DNA of 64,000 bases from assembly GCA_052327205.1 (NCBI GenBank), contig CM126214.1:24490001-24554000 (forward strand). Reading direction: 5' to 3'. The notes under the pieces are model-generated. The model worked only from the letters and a program-made list of their open reading frames with translations. It was not told the origin of the DNA and made no database searches. This DNA is from Somniosus microcephalus. Its lineage: Eukaryota. A program made the position numbers and the translations under genes. Of the stretch, positions 1-13,589 are shown piece after piece (positions within the stretch are counted from its first letter, which is position 1; the number at the start of each line of letters is the position of its first letter).

Positions 1-480
1 GAACCAGGAAGTGTAAGTTAGAATATTTAATTCAATGCCAAATCCTGTGCAGAAAGTGAAATAAAGAGAGGGAAGGAAAGATGGGATTAAGAGGGAGAGA
101 TAAAAGAGACAGGGAGAAAAAGTAAAAAAAAATATTTTTTTAATCTCCAAAAGTTATTAAAATCTGAATGAGACTCCACACTTGTAAAAGTTAATTTTCA
201 GTGTCAGAGAGGTTGTTTGGCAGTAATTAAGACTTATCACATGTTAAAAATGTACTTACACTGGAATGGACAAGCCCTAATTTTCTCTGGCGAGTTAGTA
301 GATAGCTATCTACTTCAGGCCCTTCTATGTGTTTCAATGCCGAGTCTCTCGGCGAGAAACCGGTACAGCGCAGCTTCTGAAGGAGCAGGGCAACTCGGAC
401 AGCAACTTCCTGATTTCTGCATTTAACTGCGCATGTGCGGTCGCCGGAGGTTACTGTCTGATTTACTCTTTAATAATGGT

Positions 481-832
481 CATGGTGTGGAGATGCCGGA
501 GTTGGACTGGGGTGGACAAATGTAAGAAATCACACAACACCAGGTTATAGTCCAACAGCTTTATTTGAAATCACAAGCTTTCGGAGCGCTGCTCCTTCTT
601 CAGGTGAAGTGGAGAAATGCATAAAGACACAGCTTATATAGTCAGAGAATCATGTCAGATGTTTACAGGTAACCTTTCCAACTGCCATTTATCACACCTC
701 GGCAGAGAGATAATCACAGCAGTCAAAGGTGTGAATGGCGTCCAAACAGGTCAGTCAGGGAAACATTACATCAAAGAACAATGAGGTGGGGTCACAAGGG
801 GTCAAATATTGCAGATGCTGGGGTCTGTATGA
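481..832 (-). mobile_element. Non-coding terminal-repeat element, probably Penelope-derived (second family)
   Basis: Near-identical inverted copy at about 31890-32200; carries a hammerhead core. Confidence 0.65.
571..607 (-). ncRNA. Minimal hammerhead ribozyme motif
   Basis: UCAC-CUGAAGA-A-GGAGC-AGC-GCUCC-GAAA-GC-UU-GUGA: conserved core, stem I, stem II and palindromic stem III (AGCU). Activity untested. Confidence 0.7.
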
Positions 833-1039
833 TTTAATAATGGTGTCAGACTCACCGTTATTTTTACCATAAAATCTGGGGCTATGTGAATCTCCTTTTA
901 GAATTCCGTCTTACAACAGTTTCAATTACGAGTTGGAAGTTGTACTTATATACTGCTGCAGTATAAGCATTCAAGGGGCTGTAAAATTAGTATTAATGCC
1001 TTAACTAGCACAGCAGTAAAAGATTAACCAGTTTTTAAA

Positions 1040-1445
1040 AAATTCATTCATGGGATGTGGGCATCGCTGGCGAGGCTAACATTTATTGCCCATCCCTAGT
1101 TGCCCTTGAGGTGGTGGTGGTGGTGATGAGCTGCCTTCTTGAACCACTGCAGTCTGTGAGGTGAAGGTACTCCCACAATGCTGTTAGGGAGGGAGTTCCA
1201 GGATTTTGACGGAGCGACGATGAAGGATCGGCGATATACTTCTAAGTCAGGATGGTGTGTGACTTGGAGGGGAACCTGCAGGTGGTGGTGTGCCTATGCC
1301 TCTGCTGCCCTTGTCCTTCTAGGTGGAAGAGGTCACGGGTTTGGGAGGTGCTGCTGAAGAAGCCTTGGCGAGTTGCTACAGTGCATCTTGTAGATGGTAC
1401 ACACTGCACCCATGGTAATCCGGTGGTGGAGGGAGTGAATGCTTT
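1040..1445 (-). mobile_element. 3' fragment of the same LINE family (also 30810-31110 on + and 59598-59725 on -)
   Basis: Matches 19255-19640 and 60105-60495. Confidence 0.85.
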
Positions 1446-2959
1446 AGGTATAAGGTAACATGTTGCAGTCTGCATAGTCAGTCAGCTATTTAGTATATGA
1501 AGATGTTGTGTAGTCTTATTTCCACAGCTTTCTTTAGGTCTGACTGTCTTACACATTTGGAGCCAGGTCCTCGGTGTGTGAAAACATTTATCCAGCCACT
1601 TAACTGCTTTTAGGCTTATTGCACCAATCTTTTCTGTGGAGCGTACCTCTTCCTGCGGCACAGAATTAGCAAAGTGGGAAGCTGGGCCAAGAAGCCTCTG
1701 CTGTGCAGGAATCTGAACATTCTTACTCTCTTTCCTTTTATTGCAGGTGAGAATCCAGCCATTTAAATGGACTTTTTACAGCTTTTAAATTAGTCAACTA
1801 TGAACTGATGGAAATGTTCCCTTGGGCTGTTTTTTTTTCCTGTGGGTGGTAGCTTGTAGAAAATAATATGTAAATCCCTCTAAATCTGGAGTGAGGGATC
1901 ACCCTGTGCTTCTTTTTGTTTTTCAAATTCCAAAACAACTGTGATTTATAGAAAATCCGTTTTCACACTGGAAAACCCACAGTGCTCCTCAGTTTGTTTT
2001 TCCAAATTAGTTAAAAACAGCAAGATAAATTTTACAAGTTGTTTGGGGTGAAATTTCACAGCAAACTATTTTGAAGTGATTTTTAAATAAATTCAGAAAT
2101 AGAAGAAGTTCAGATGGATTAAAAAGGATGATTATGACACCCATGCTTAAAAAACAATGACTTGTTTACTGAAATATATCATTGCCCAGCTATGCTACCT
2201 GTTCATCCAGCTACAGTGGGTAAGGAAATCAATTGTTCACAGTAAACTCCATGACCCCCTTCCCCAGTCCTGCTAAACATTTCACCAGGTAGGTATGTGT
2301 TGCCGAGTATATTTGTGTATATCCAGAGCTGTAAGAAGTACCCAACAGCCAGGAACATATCAAGGCAGACAATGACCAGATTCTCCAGCACCCATTTCCC
2401 TTTCAATGCTCCCAGCCCAGGACGACCCACTTCCATTACGTTCACATCCAGAACCAGAGATTCCTCTTCCTACTGCTCCAACAAATTGCCCCAGTGATCT
2501 CAGACCTCAGTAACTCCACCCCCCCTTTAACTCTGTCAAAGCTAACCTTTCTGCCCCACCCAATCATCACACTTCTGACTTGCCCCACCCACCCATTTTG
2601 CCTAATCCCACCTAACGCCCTCCCACCCATCCAACGCTGAATGGCAGGAGGCACAGCAGCCAGGCTTGTGAATGTGATATAACATCAATGAATATCTCCC
2701 ATCTCAGACCACAAAAAATTGTATATAAAGTCCTTAAATTTTTGGTTACTAGCTGATCTTTATTGAACCTTGCTTATGGACAAAAGCATCTTTTTCCTCA
2801 ATTGTTTTGATTTTTCTCACCCAAGCCATTCCACTTTTCCCCCCTATTTTCCTTTTCTCTCTATTCCCCCCCTGACCGCACTCTCCTGTCATCATGCCTC
2901 CTTTCACCTCTCCTCTCTTGGATACACCGCCCTCCCAAATCCCTACCCCAATCCTTCAT

Positions 2960-4885
2960 TACTCTTCGGCCTTCCTACTCTCCTGCTGCCATCCCAGGCA
3001 TGACTCCCTCTTAGATAAGGCCACAGCTTCCCTCGGTGCCTTTCTTGGCATCCTACAAAGGGCCCATCGAGGCACTTGTCGCTGCCACCTTACGAGCAGC
3101 AACCCCAACTGTCCCATCCTACTCTCTTGCCAACCTGCCTGCCCACTGGGGGCAAATCTTGCCAATCTAACTCAATCACCCTCCTCCCCCCCCCCCCCCC
3201 CGCCGCCAAGCGCTGACCCTGTGGACGCCGGCAGTGGGGCAGCCATCAGTGACCCTCTCCGCATCTCCCTCCAGAATGTTCATTCTCTTGCGAACAAGGC
3301 CCTTGACGTCCATGAGCTTATCAGGTTGGCAGGCTATAACTAGTGGGGTACTGCAAGGATCAGTGCTTGGGCCTCAGCTATTCACAATCTACATCAATGA
3401 TTTGGATGAGGGGACCAAAAGTAATATATCCAAGTTTGCTGATGATACAACGCTGGGTGGGAATGTAAGTTGTGAGGAGGATGCAAAGAGGCTTCAAGGG
3501 GATTTCGACAGGCTAAGTGAGTGGGCAAGGACATGGCAAATGGAATATAATGTGGCAAAATGTGAAGTTATCCACTTTGATAGGAAAAATAGAAAAGCAG
3601 AGTATTTTTTAAATGCAGAGATTGGGAAGTATTGGTGTTCAGAGGGACCCAGATGTCCTTGTACACAAATCACTGAAAATTAACATGCAGGTACGGCAAG
3701 CAGTTAGGGAAGCAAATGGTATGTTGGCCTTTATTACAAGAGGATTTGAGTGTAAGAGTAAAGACGTCTTACTGCAATTATATAGGGCCTTGGTGAGACC
3801 ACACCTGGAGTATGGTGTACAGTTTTGGTCTCCTTACCTAAGGAAGGATATACTTGTCACAGAGGGAGTGCAACAAAGGCTCACCATACTGGTTCCTGGG
3901 ATTTTCCTATAAGGAGAGATACAAAATCTTGCCAAACATACAAAATTCTTACAGGGCTTGACAGGGTAGATGCAGAGAGCATGTTTCCCCTGGCTGGGGA
4001 GTCTAGAACCAGGGGTCATAGTCTCAGAATAAGGGGCTGGCCATTTAGGACTGAGATTAGGAGAAATTTCTTCAGAGGGTGGAATTCTCTACCCTAGAGG
4101 GCTGTGGAGGCTCAGTCGTTGAGTATATTCAAGACAAGAGATCGATAGATTTTTGATTAAGGGAATCAAGGGATATGGGGATAGTGCAGGAAAGTAGAAA
4201 TGAGAAAGATCAGCCATGATCTTATTGAATGGCAGAGCAGGCTTGAAGGGCCAAATGGCCTACTCCTGCTCCTATTTCTTATGTTCTTATTGAAACCCTC
4301 ATCTATCCTTTTGCTGCCTCCAGACTCTACTATTCCAATGCTCCAATGCTGTCCTGGCCGGACTCCCATCTACCACCCGCCATATCTTGAGCTCATCTAA
4401 AACTCTGCTCCCCATATCCTCACTCACACCAAGTCTTGGTCACGCATCACCCATGTGCTTACTGACCTACATTGGCTCACAGTCCAGCATTACCTTGATT
4501 TTAAAATTCTCATCCTGGTGTTCAAATCCCTTCATGGTCTTGCCCCTCCCTATAACCTGCAACCTCAAGCCCTGCATCCCTCAGCGATCTCTGCGTTCCT
4601 CCAATTCTGGTCTCTTGTGCATCCCCGATTTCCTTCGCCCCTCCATTGGCGGCTCCATTGGTGCCTTCAACTGTCTAGGCCATGTGCTCCGCAATTCCCA
4701 CTCCAAGCCTCGCTCTCCTCCTTTAAGATGCTCCTTAAAACCTACCTCTTTGACCAAGCTTTTGCTCACCTTTCCCAATATCTCCTTATACGGCTTGGTG
4801 TCAAATTTTGTCTGAAAACACTCCTGTGAAGCACTTAGTGACATTTTACCATCTTAAAGGCGTTATATAAATTCAAGTTGTTAGA
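2960..4885 (+). mobile_element. Degenerate L2-like LINE (APE start and 3' end) hosting the CR1 above
   Basis: ISLQNVHSLANK APE start; LHWL...FKILILVFKSLHGLAPPY...FKMLLKTYLF C-terminus; L2-type tail. Confidence 0.7.
3333..4230 (+). mobile_element. CR1 LINE 3' fragment nested in an L2-like LINE
   Basis: SGVLQGSVLGP, KFADD, LYRALVRPHLEY; CR1 tail GAATGGC...CTCCTATTTCTTATGTTCTTA. Confidence 0.9.
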
Positions 4886-7800
4886 GTTGTTGAATCACTA
4901 AATTCCCCATACCGGTCATACACATGAACTCTATTAGTGACTACCAGTTTAGTGCTAAATTGTGCATGTGTATTTTGTGGACTACTAACCCACTAGGAAC
5001 CAGGTAACAATTGCTCAAGCTAAATGTTTATGGGGGTCTCACCCATGGAGGCCTTGCCCCTTCCCTCCAGCAACCTTAACTACATTAGAATCCAACCCCC
5101 AAAACTGAAGGGATGTTGCTAATTCCAGAATGTTTGAAGTTATCCAGCTCTTCAAGCAGTTGAAGGAATGTTTAATAAGTGTCCGAACTTATCAAAGCTA
5201 AGCTTCAAGTTTTAATTAAACTGAGTCGTCTTATACTGCTAAAGCTGTAGCTTTTTTAGCTAGGCCTTTTCTTGGGATAATTGGATAGGACTGCATTACA
5301 GCAGGATTAATCAACAATTGAGTCGAGATATTCATCAGTAACTATAAAGCAGATAGAATACTGGAGCTGCTTAACCCAAGTTTTATAAAAATGAAACATT
5401 TTAATAAATTTTCAATTAGACCAGAGTGCAAGATCACCCAGTATGATTATGCTGCTGGAATTACAATTAGTTGCTCACACTGCTGTAGCACATCAAGCTG
5501 CATTTATACAGACATTTTGCCAACAGCCGCATCCTATGTAGGAACCTGCATGCTTACTGGCAGAAATGTTGGTAGTAGTTAAATAAAATCTGCTCTTGGG
5601 AGTCCTGGAGTTAGGTTTATATGAATTCCATAACTCAATTATAATTAAAATCATAGTATGTGGGGCCAAAACAACAATGCTGCCATATATCAAGGACCCA
5701 GTACACAGATAGATAACTCAATGAGGAATATTTAAAATCACCAACTACATTTGTAATAACACCCATGAAAATATTTAAATAGCTCGCCCACAAAATCATG
5801 TGGGTAATGCAAGGTTTGTTGTACTGGTTTCCATTTATAGTCAGTCAACAGTATGTGCGTCACCAGGATCATAGGCTCCTGTCCAACAGCAGCTTTGGTT
5901 TCAGTTACACCCACATGATTGTAAAGTTCATTCATTTTATATATCTAATTAAAAGGGAACTGGAACAATTCACTCTCCTCCTCCTCCGAGGTCAGAACTC
6001 AGGTTATTTTAGGAAGGATTTGATAATTGCATAGGGCAGACTGGATCTTTAAACCTGCATGATGCTACAATCTATTTTAGTGTTTCAATATATTATGGCC
6101 ACAAACAAGTGAAAACTAACCAGTTACGACGAGTCTTAGAGACAAAGAAAAAAAAAGGAAGGAACTTTACATCGTGTTTGTATCTGTACAACAGTTTATT
6201 TACACATTACAACATTTTCCAAACACAAGCTAAAACATATGTATTACTTGAATATAATAAAGTGTGCTCTGTACAAATTCAAAATCCTAGAGTTTGTGAC
6301 AATTAATGTACAATAAACGGTCAATATACTGTAAAATATAACTAAAGTAAATGAAGTGCATGCAGCAATTAAAACCAGAAGCCTGCATTTTGCTGGGCAA
6401 GAAACTGCACATTAAAAATAGTATTTTAATTAGAGGGTCACTCATGAAACAATTTCTTTTTAATAGCCATTAAACTATCCATGTTGCTTAGCTTGGAGTT
6501 GGAAAAAATATGTAGTGATATTTCCCCACAATCGGTGGCATCAGCAGCCAGCTTTAGCAGAATACCACATTTTCACTGATAAATATACAGACCCATTTCT
6601 ATGGTAAAGATGGTCAAGGAAGCTTTGTTCAGTTTTAAACATTTATTAATTGTGCATCACTTGCCGCCCTTCTAGAATACAGCTCATCACAAAAAGCACC
6701 TACCCTTCCCAAAATTGCCTGGATTTTATTCAATTAGGGATATAACTAGCCAGCATGTTTTTTTTTTGTAGCATCCTTTTCTCTCTGCCAATTAGAGTCA
6801 AGTGCTCAAAACAGCTTACTTTCCAGTCTCAAGCCCTTTTGGAAAAAAAAAAGTGGGATTTTGAGTCAGGCAGGTTCTTAAAGGAGCAAACATGCCACAA
6901 TAATTTGAGTGGCTAAATCCACCACAATTTACCAGTGAAGGGGAAGAAATGGGAAAGTTAAGGAAAAAAAAATACCAAAAAAAAGCAGCTAGTTGACTTC
7001 AGTGCTGTCCAAGCTACAGTGAAATCAGAATGCTAGAGGATGTATAGCCCTGACTTCACTACCAATCATTTTGCATTGGTCAACATCGAACACAGTATAC
7101 TGAATAACCCATGTATATTAAAAAAAAAATTCAACCTCAATATTTCAAAAGGCGCCTTGAACTTCAGCCTTTGAAGGTTTTTGGGGGCGTAGTGCGTCTT
7201 CTTGCACATCAATTCGTCCCCACTGATCTTTTCTTTCCTGTTGTGGAGCAGCTGCAAATATGTTCCGCTCAGAAGCTAGGCTTTTCATCAGTTTACAGAG
7301 AAAATCCTTTTGACCCACCAATATTAGAAAATGAGAAATACTAAGCAGCTGAAATCAAGATCCATGCAAGCGAGAGTTTAAAAAAATGCTGAATCTCCAA
7401 ATACACATGAAAACTATTTATTAAAACTGTGTCAATTTTAGCACTTGCCTCGGAGATTGTATACTAAGCAATATGGATAGCACTTTTACAGGGAAAATTA
7501 GCCACACCACACAATGCAGCATTTACATAAATCAGGGATTTCAGAGAAAATTCAAGAATTAAAGATGAAAATGTTTCAAGAATTCTTACAACCTCAATTT
7601 TCCAAGAGTGTTTTGGTAGCTATGCAGAACACAAGTTTCAATTTACACATTGTAAAATTCACACTCTCAACTCAAGTCTAATGGACAAGTATGTGCTTAT
7701 ATATCCCTTACTCAAAAAGGTATCTAGAATATATATGTTTTTTAAAAAAAAAGGTCAAATTCAACCATGGTACGAGTTCAACACGCACTTAAAAAAAAGT

Positions 7801-9664
7801 TAAACTAAGCATCTAGAGTACTGCATTTTGAGTAAGTACTTGCGCACATGCTTGGCAAAACAGCACCTTTCAATCTCTGAATATCAAACTCGACAATCAG
7901 GTAACCAAATATTTCACAGTTTCGACTTCTATCTATCTATCATATTGCAGGAATCAGCAGTATGGAATAATTCAGCTAACTAGGCTAAGAACGCATTATG
8001 ATGCCAGTATCTGCCATCAATGGCAGATTGTTTACTGGAAAATAATAAAATTTAATGCAAAGCTTAAATTTTGCAACTGGATCATCTTTTCATTAGTTAA
8101 ACAATCATTACTTGTTGCCAAGCTGCAAAGACAGGTGGTCTACTGTACTTTCTATTTAAATGTAAAAGACTAATCAAAGCTGCATACTTTGCTTTTTCTA
8201 AACAACTCCGAAAGAATAGCTATAATATAACTTACAATAGCATTGCCCAGAAGTCCTAATTATAATAGGGGCAAGCCTCATCTTCCAAATACTACTTACT
8301 CTAATCAGCACCAGTAAGCAAGTTCAACACACAATGTATGAAAAGTTCAGCAACTTCTGCAATTTCAAAAAGCTTTCAAAAATGCTTTTAAATCAAAAAC
8401 TGGCTACTTTGCTAGACACAATTGCATAATTCACATCACACAAGACCGTATTGTAGAAGACTGCTTGTGTATGGCAAGACTGATAGCCAAAAAAAAGCTC
8501 CTTTAAACTAAGTGCACATCATTACACCCTTGAAGTTAGAGTCCATTATTCTGTAGAAGGGCAAGTTTTCACCGTCTCCAACTTGAAAGTTCTTGCAACA
8601 CCAGACCATTCCCATGCACTTCTCAACAGCCAGCTGAAGACTGGCATAGGTAGTCTAGGAGAAAGTGTCCTGCCTGCAGGAGGTTATGGCCAGAAAAGGG
8701 GAGGGGAAAAGAAGAAACTGGAGATTGATAGAAAGGAAAACATGGCAACATTCACTTAACCTTAGGGGGAAAAATGCTTTCCAACAATAGAGATGTTAAG
8801 AACAAACACAAGCGTTAACAGTGAAGGGACAAGTTTGTCTAAGTAAATGCTGATTTAATTGTATGCAAACAGGCATTAGGTCATCAAAATGGAACAGAAC
8901 TATATATAAAATATGCTGCGTGAAAGGAAACAATCCAGGGCATTTTTTGAGAGAAAACTTCTAAAACTCTACATTTTGCAAGTGAATGCCACAGCATATT
9001 AAAACAACTTCAAAACACCTAGCAGATAAAGATTACATAGCACTTTCAGGTGCTTTTGAACTGGACAAATGGAAAAGGGTGTGCATTTTAAAAAAAATGA
9101 AGCCTACATTCACTATAAAATTTAAGCAATTTACTGATATTGCCTAGCTTGCTGAACTTCTATAGATTGCCAGGTTATATTTAATTAGTTAGAACATTAA
9201 TGTGCAAAAACAAAGTCAGGAAGATAAGCCTAGTCAAACTGGAAAATTCATGGGACTGGTCAACACTTGAGACCAGAATAATTCTTATATCAACACCAAA
9301 CCCGCTCCAGGACTTGAGCACATGATCTAGGCCGACATTCCAGTGCATTGAGGGAATGCTGCACTGTTGGAGCTGCTGTCCTTTAGAGAGACACTGAACA
9401 GAGATCCCATCTGCTCGTCTTTAGTTCAGGTGGATGTTAAAAAAAAATCCCATGACACTTTGAAGACAACCAGGAAGCTCTTCCCGTGTCCTGGCCAATA
9501 TTCCACTCTCAAATGACACCCACCCCCCCACCCAAAAAAATGGTTATACATCCAACATCTTGCTGTGTGGAAACTGGCTGCCATTCAGGACAATCACCCC
9601 AAAGTATTTTATTGCAGGTAAAGCACTTTGGGATGTTCGAGAGCCATGGTAAAGGTGCTATATA

Positions 9665-9803
9665 CAGTCTAGGACTCTTAATTCAAAAGTATGTCAATTC
9701 AAACTGAAATTGTGCTAAACAAAGCCTTTTGTGCTGTTTTATTAAAATGGGAAAATTAATTTTTTTGAGCAAAAACAGACTTTGAATTAACAGGAGTAGA
9801 CTG
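9665..9803. mobile_element. Short old Tigger-like MITE
   Basis: TA-CAGTCT...TTAATTCAAA and TTTGAATTAACAGGAGTAGACTG-TA; a related degraded copy lies near 29365-29483. Confidence 0.55.
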
Positions 9804-11416
9804 TAAATGGAAGTCTCCTTTTCCTCAATGACGTGCCATTTAAACCATTAACTATTGTGAATTAACTGCACGGGTACTTTGATGAGCCATAGTTCCTTTT
9901 GAAATTAATCTGGTTTCCATAGGCCACAGAAGTCATTTGGGCAACATCTTCAGAAGTTCAGAGAGGGCATAAATAACTGAATTACTTGAGAATGGCAAGT
10001 CCAATTAAGAATATTGTATGTATGTGAGAAAGGGAATTCTGACAACTGAACGTAAAGGAAAAATAAAATACCAAAAACATGTTTAACAAGTGGTGGGTTT
10101 CTATTACTTCTGTTCACAATTACAGTGCACATTAAAACGCCCAAATTAAAAGGGGGGGGGGGGGGGGGGGGAAAAGAGAATTTATGAAATTATACAGTAC
10201 AAAGAAAACTTTTTTATACAAGTTTAAAAAGAGCAAGATTAAAGACTGCTTCAAGACAACAACCAGTCTCTTCATTCATTAAAACAAATTCACTGATTTT
10301 AAAGATCTAGGTTTGGAGAATAGTAAAACATGGTGGTTGATTTGCATATTTTAATTCTCTGTAGAGTTGGAGTGGTTTGATATTCTGCCGCCATCCCAAA
10401 AATGAACACTCTTTGAAATATTCCATCTTCATAATTCTTTTACAAATGTTGCTGGATATGTAATTTCTCCACAACTTGAGGTACAACATATTTGCACTTA
10501 ATTTACAACACAAGACAGACTGCAACTGCACTGCAAGGTGTACAGTAGGAAGATGTCAACAGTGGTGTACTGGGGTTGTTTTGTTTTTAAACCCCCCCCC
10601 CCCCCACCCAAAATACAAAATATGTGCCCTTAAAATGAGGACACAAAGCTCCGTAGGAGTACCTTGGGGTAAGTGGAGGTGGACCGAAATAAAGAGAGAC
10701 AAAAAGTGCCCAAGATGGTCCCCTCAGGTTTGTGCATCATAAAAACTTCGATGAAGGCGCAACTGATGAAATTTTACAGCAATTCCATGAGACTGAAAAG
10801 TTGCAGTTTGGAAGAGGGGGAGGAGCAATACTGATCTGATTTAATGCACACCTACAATACTGTAAATACATTTAACATTAATCAACTTTGTAAGAAGCTG
10901 CTTTTTATTGGTTGCATTTTGGCAGTTTAAAATAGTTTGTCATTTTGATTGGAGTACATATTTCAATTGCATAGGAGCTATACTTTGTTTCCAAAAATGA
11001 AGTGTGTCACCTACTTATATTGCTGGTGTCTATTAGAATATAACAGGTTTCGATTTGCATTCCTCCTGTATGCAATGAAAATCCAGCACAGAAAGGCCAA
11101 CAAAATAGAAAGTCATTTTATGCATTTGATTCCATAAAATTCAAGTTAGTCTTAAGATTTGTGAAGGAGGGAATTTGACCAAACCACAAAAACTTTGAGG
11201 GAAGATTACTTTTTCCAATTTGCTATAAAATGGACTTTTGTGAAGCTTAAAACGGAAGTATATTCTGCTTAATCGCCTCATAATCCTAACTTGGATAAAG
11301 AGATATCTGTACACTTATCAATGTGTCCACCATCTTTTTTTGCTGAGGTTCTGCCCACCCAATATGGATTATGGGTGGCTTTTCCCATTTGTGATGTCCT
11401 GCCATCCATCTTGATA

Positions 11417-11695
11417 CAGGAAACTTTGTGCTATCCGGCACCGAGCTGTTGCCGTCCCATCAAAACTGCTGGACAAACCAGCGCTAATGTTGAAACATAC
11501 GGAGATTTTGAGCTCCGTATCTGGCAACAAACCAGTCGGCCGTACCTTGCAAGCGTCTCTGTAGCTTAGCAACAGCTTCAGCGAGACCTTGCAGAGCCTG
11601 ACTGGTGAAAATAAACCTAACAAAACGGCTCCTGATTTTTGCCGGTGGCTCGAGCATTCCGGACAGTTAACCTCCAGATAAACCAAAGTTTCCTG
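11417..11695. mobile_element. Diverged copy of the CAGGAAACTTT MITE in opposite orientation, within the putative 3' UTR
   Basis: TA-CAGGAAACTTTG...CAAAGTTTCCTG-TA. Confidence 0.75.
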
Positions 11696-13440
11696 TACAT
11701 TGGATTATGCTGATTATGGCCACTTCATGAGAATGTACTTCCCCTTTAAGCACACACACTGAATTTGACCAACCATTCTCTCAATGGGGTTCCACAAGAT
11801 CAGATTTTGATGAATCATGTTGGTGGTTGGGTCAGCATTTCAGTTTGTTTCCCCCACAATTTGTGTGTGGGCCAAGAAGAGCGAGCAACAGCAGATACAA
11901 TGCCAAACAGATCAGTCTCTTGGTTTAGGTGCGATACACAGTGAAAGGCTACAGTTGGAGCATGTGCACAACATCTGGTCAAAACTTCAGAAATCCAGAG
12001 CTAAACTAACATAACTAGAAACACACAATTCAAGCAAACTACAATATATTATCATTTTATATCATACTTTCATTAAAAGGAGAAAGGAGGAAAATAATGG
12101 AGGGAAAGAAAAGCACACAACTAGCACCCAAAGCATTCAATCATCATCAATATATGTCTTCCACCCACATCCCTTTCAAATTTACAAGTTTAAACTGTAC
12201 ATTGTTACAAAGTGAGTAACTATCAAAGCTGAAATAGCTATTAAAAGGAGAAAAAAAAAACTGGTAAAAGACTGCAACACTGCAATTTATTTGCATGTAG
12301 CTCAGCTTGAAGTGTGCAGCGAACCGGACCACACCCAAACCAGTGTCACATCCCATTAGAGACAGAATCACTTTTTCTTGCTCTACATTGGCTCAATTTA
12401 AAATAAATCTGGCTCCCATAGACCCAATGTTTTTCATTCAAAATTCAATAAAGGCCATTTCAATAATACTGCAAAAAAAACGGAGTCGTTTGTCAGGCCT
12501 GGATTTTTTGTTTTTAAAGCCATGCTGTGGAGATTTCCACAAAAATGGTTCATGTTAAAAAGGTAGGTTGTGTTGTGTTGATATAATCCATCACAGTAAA
12601 TCCAGGACACAGCAAACTGACCAAGAGATACTGTCCCTCTAATTTGTCTGGGTAAAGACCCCTTTGGCTAACCTCCTGCTTGCCCTAAAGACCCATAAAA
12701 AAATACCTTTTTAGAAATTGTGTTATGAATAGCATATCTATACTTACCTGTGTGAATGCACCCTTGTTTAAAGCTCAGAAAGCAGCCATGATACACAGGA
12801 TAGTGTATGATAGTTGCTAGTTTTAGCTTTTAAAATTAACATTCAGAGTTAAATGAAATCAGTTTATTAGATCGATTTCAACATCTTCTCTTCTCTTGTG
12901 TACCATGGTAGCTTCTAAGTCCATCTTTCAGTCTCAAGAGTATTGCACAACTCCAGATGCCTGCAATACATCGGTAATTACCTGAGGGGAAAAAAGGTAC
13001 ATATCACCTAGATCAAACACACAGAACAAGTTCACAGCTCATTAAAAAAGGAGTATGCCAATGAGGTCATTACTCAGGTTTCTGTAAAGGGACATAAGTA
13101 CCTACAGGCACATAAATGGGTACACTGGCCTGGTTCCCTGCAGACTTGATCTCAGTAGATTATTAAGACAGAAGGCACAGTCAAAAGGCCACTGCTGAAA
13201 AAGGACTGCTTGTGTGGTACAGTTCACCTTGTTCCTTTGCTGGTTAAGTTTCCATACCTGATAATATAGTTTCTTCATTGTACCACAGGGCAAATTTCCA
13301 TCAGCAGTAAGCCATTGACTAAACCATCTGCCAATCTCATGCCTATCCGTTTGCACAAAAACAGGTTTTGTCTTAAGCCGGGCTCTTCAAGATACCATGT
13401 TGGATTTTCCCACATGAAAGTCTTGCTACAATATAGCAGT

Positions 13441-13589
13441 TCATAATTTCTGAATTTTTTCAGCCACCACAATGGGATTCTCTTTCCTGATCTTCTCTGC
13501 TGCTTCGGCCTTGTAATCGTAAGGACAGTTGTGCTTGTCCGAGTAGCGGTGAAGTCCACAGAAAAGGTTTCCACAACGACAATCAAATC
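13441..13589 (-). CDS. ZFAND5: ZFAND5/6-family last coding exon (AN1 finger C-terminal half and stop)
   Basis: Acceptor TTTTTCTGTCCAACAG. Reads [49 protein letters not shown]. Coding exon lengths sum to 639 nt = 212 aa plus stop. Confidence 0.96.

Larger units (their letters stand above)
1..882. mobile_element. Partial copy of the same MITE family, interrupted by a Penelope-derived insertion
   Basis: Aligns by eye to 25960-26517 and ends AAAATCTGGGGC. The insertion at 481-832 is flanked by duplicated TTTAATAATGGT. Confidence 0.7.
6170..13440 (-). other. Putative long 3' UTR with alternative polyadenylation signals
   Basis: AT-rich and poor in LINEs compared with the flanks. Minus-strand AATAAA at 12863-12868, 10904-10909 and 6195-6200; the last has a downstream U-rich tract. 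Confidence 0.5.

Noticed and set aside
3185-3201. Poly-C/poly-G runs as functional G-quadruplexes (also near 10592, 24727, 32711, 39601, 41594)
   Set aside because: Frequent throughout the window with no positional pattern; lengths are unreliable in assemblies.
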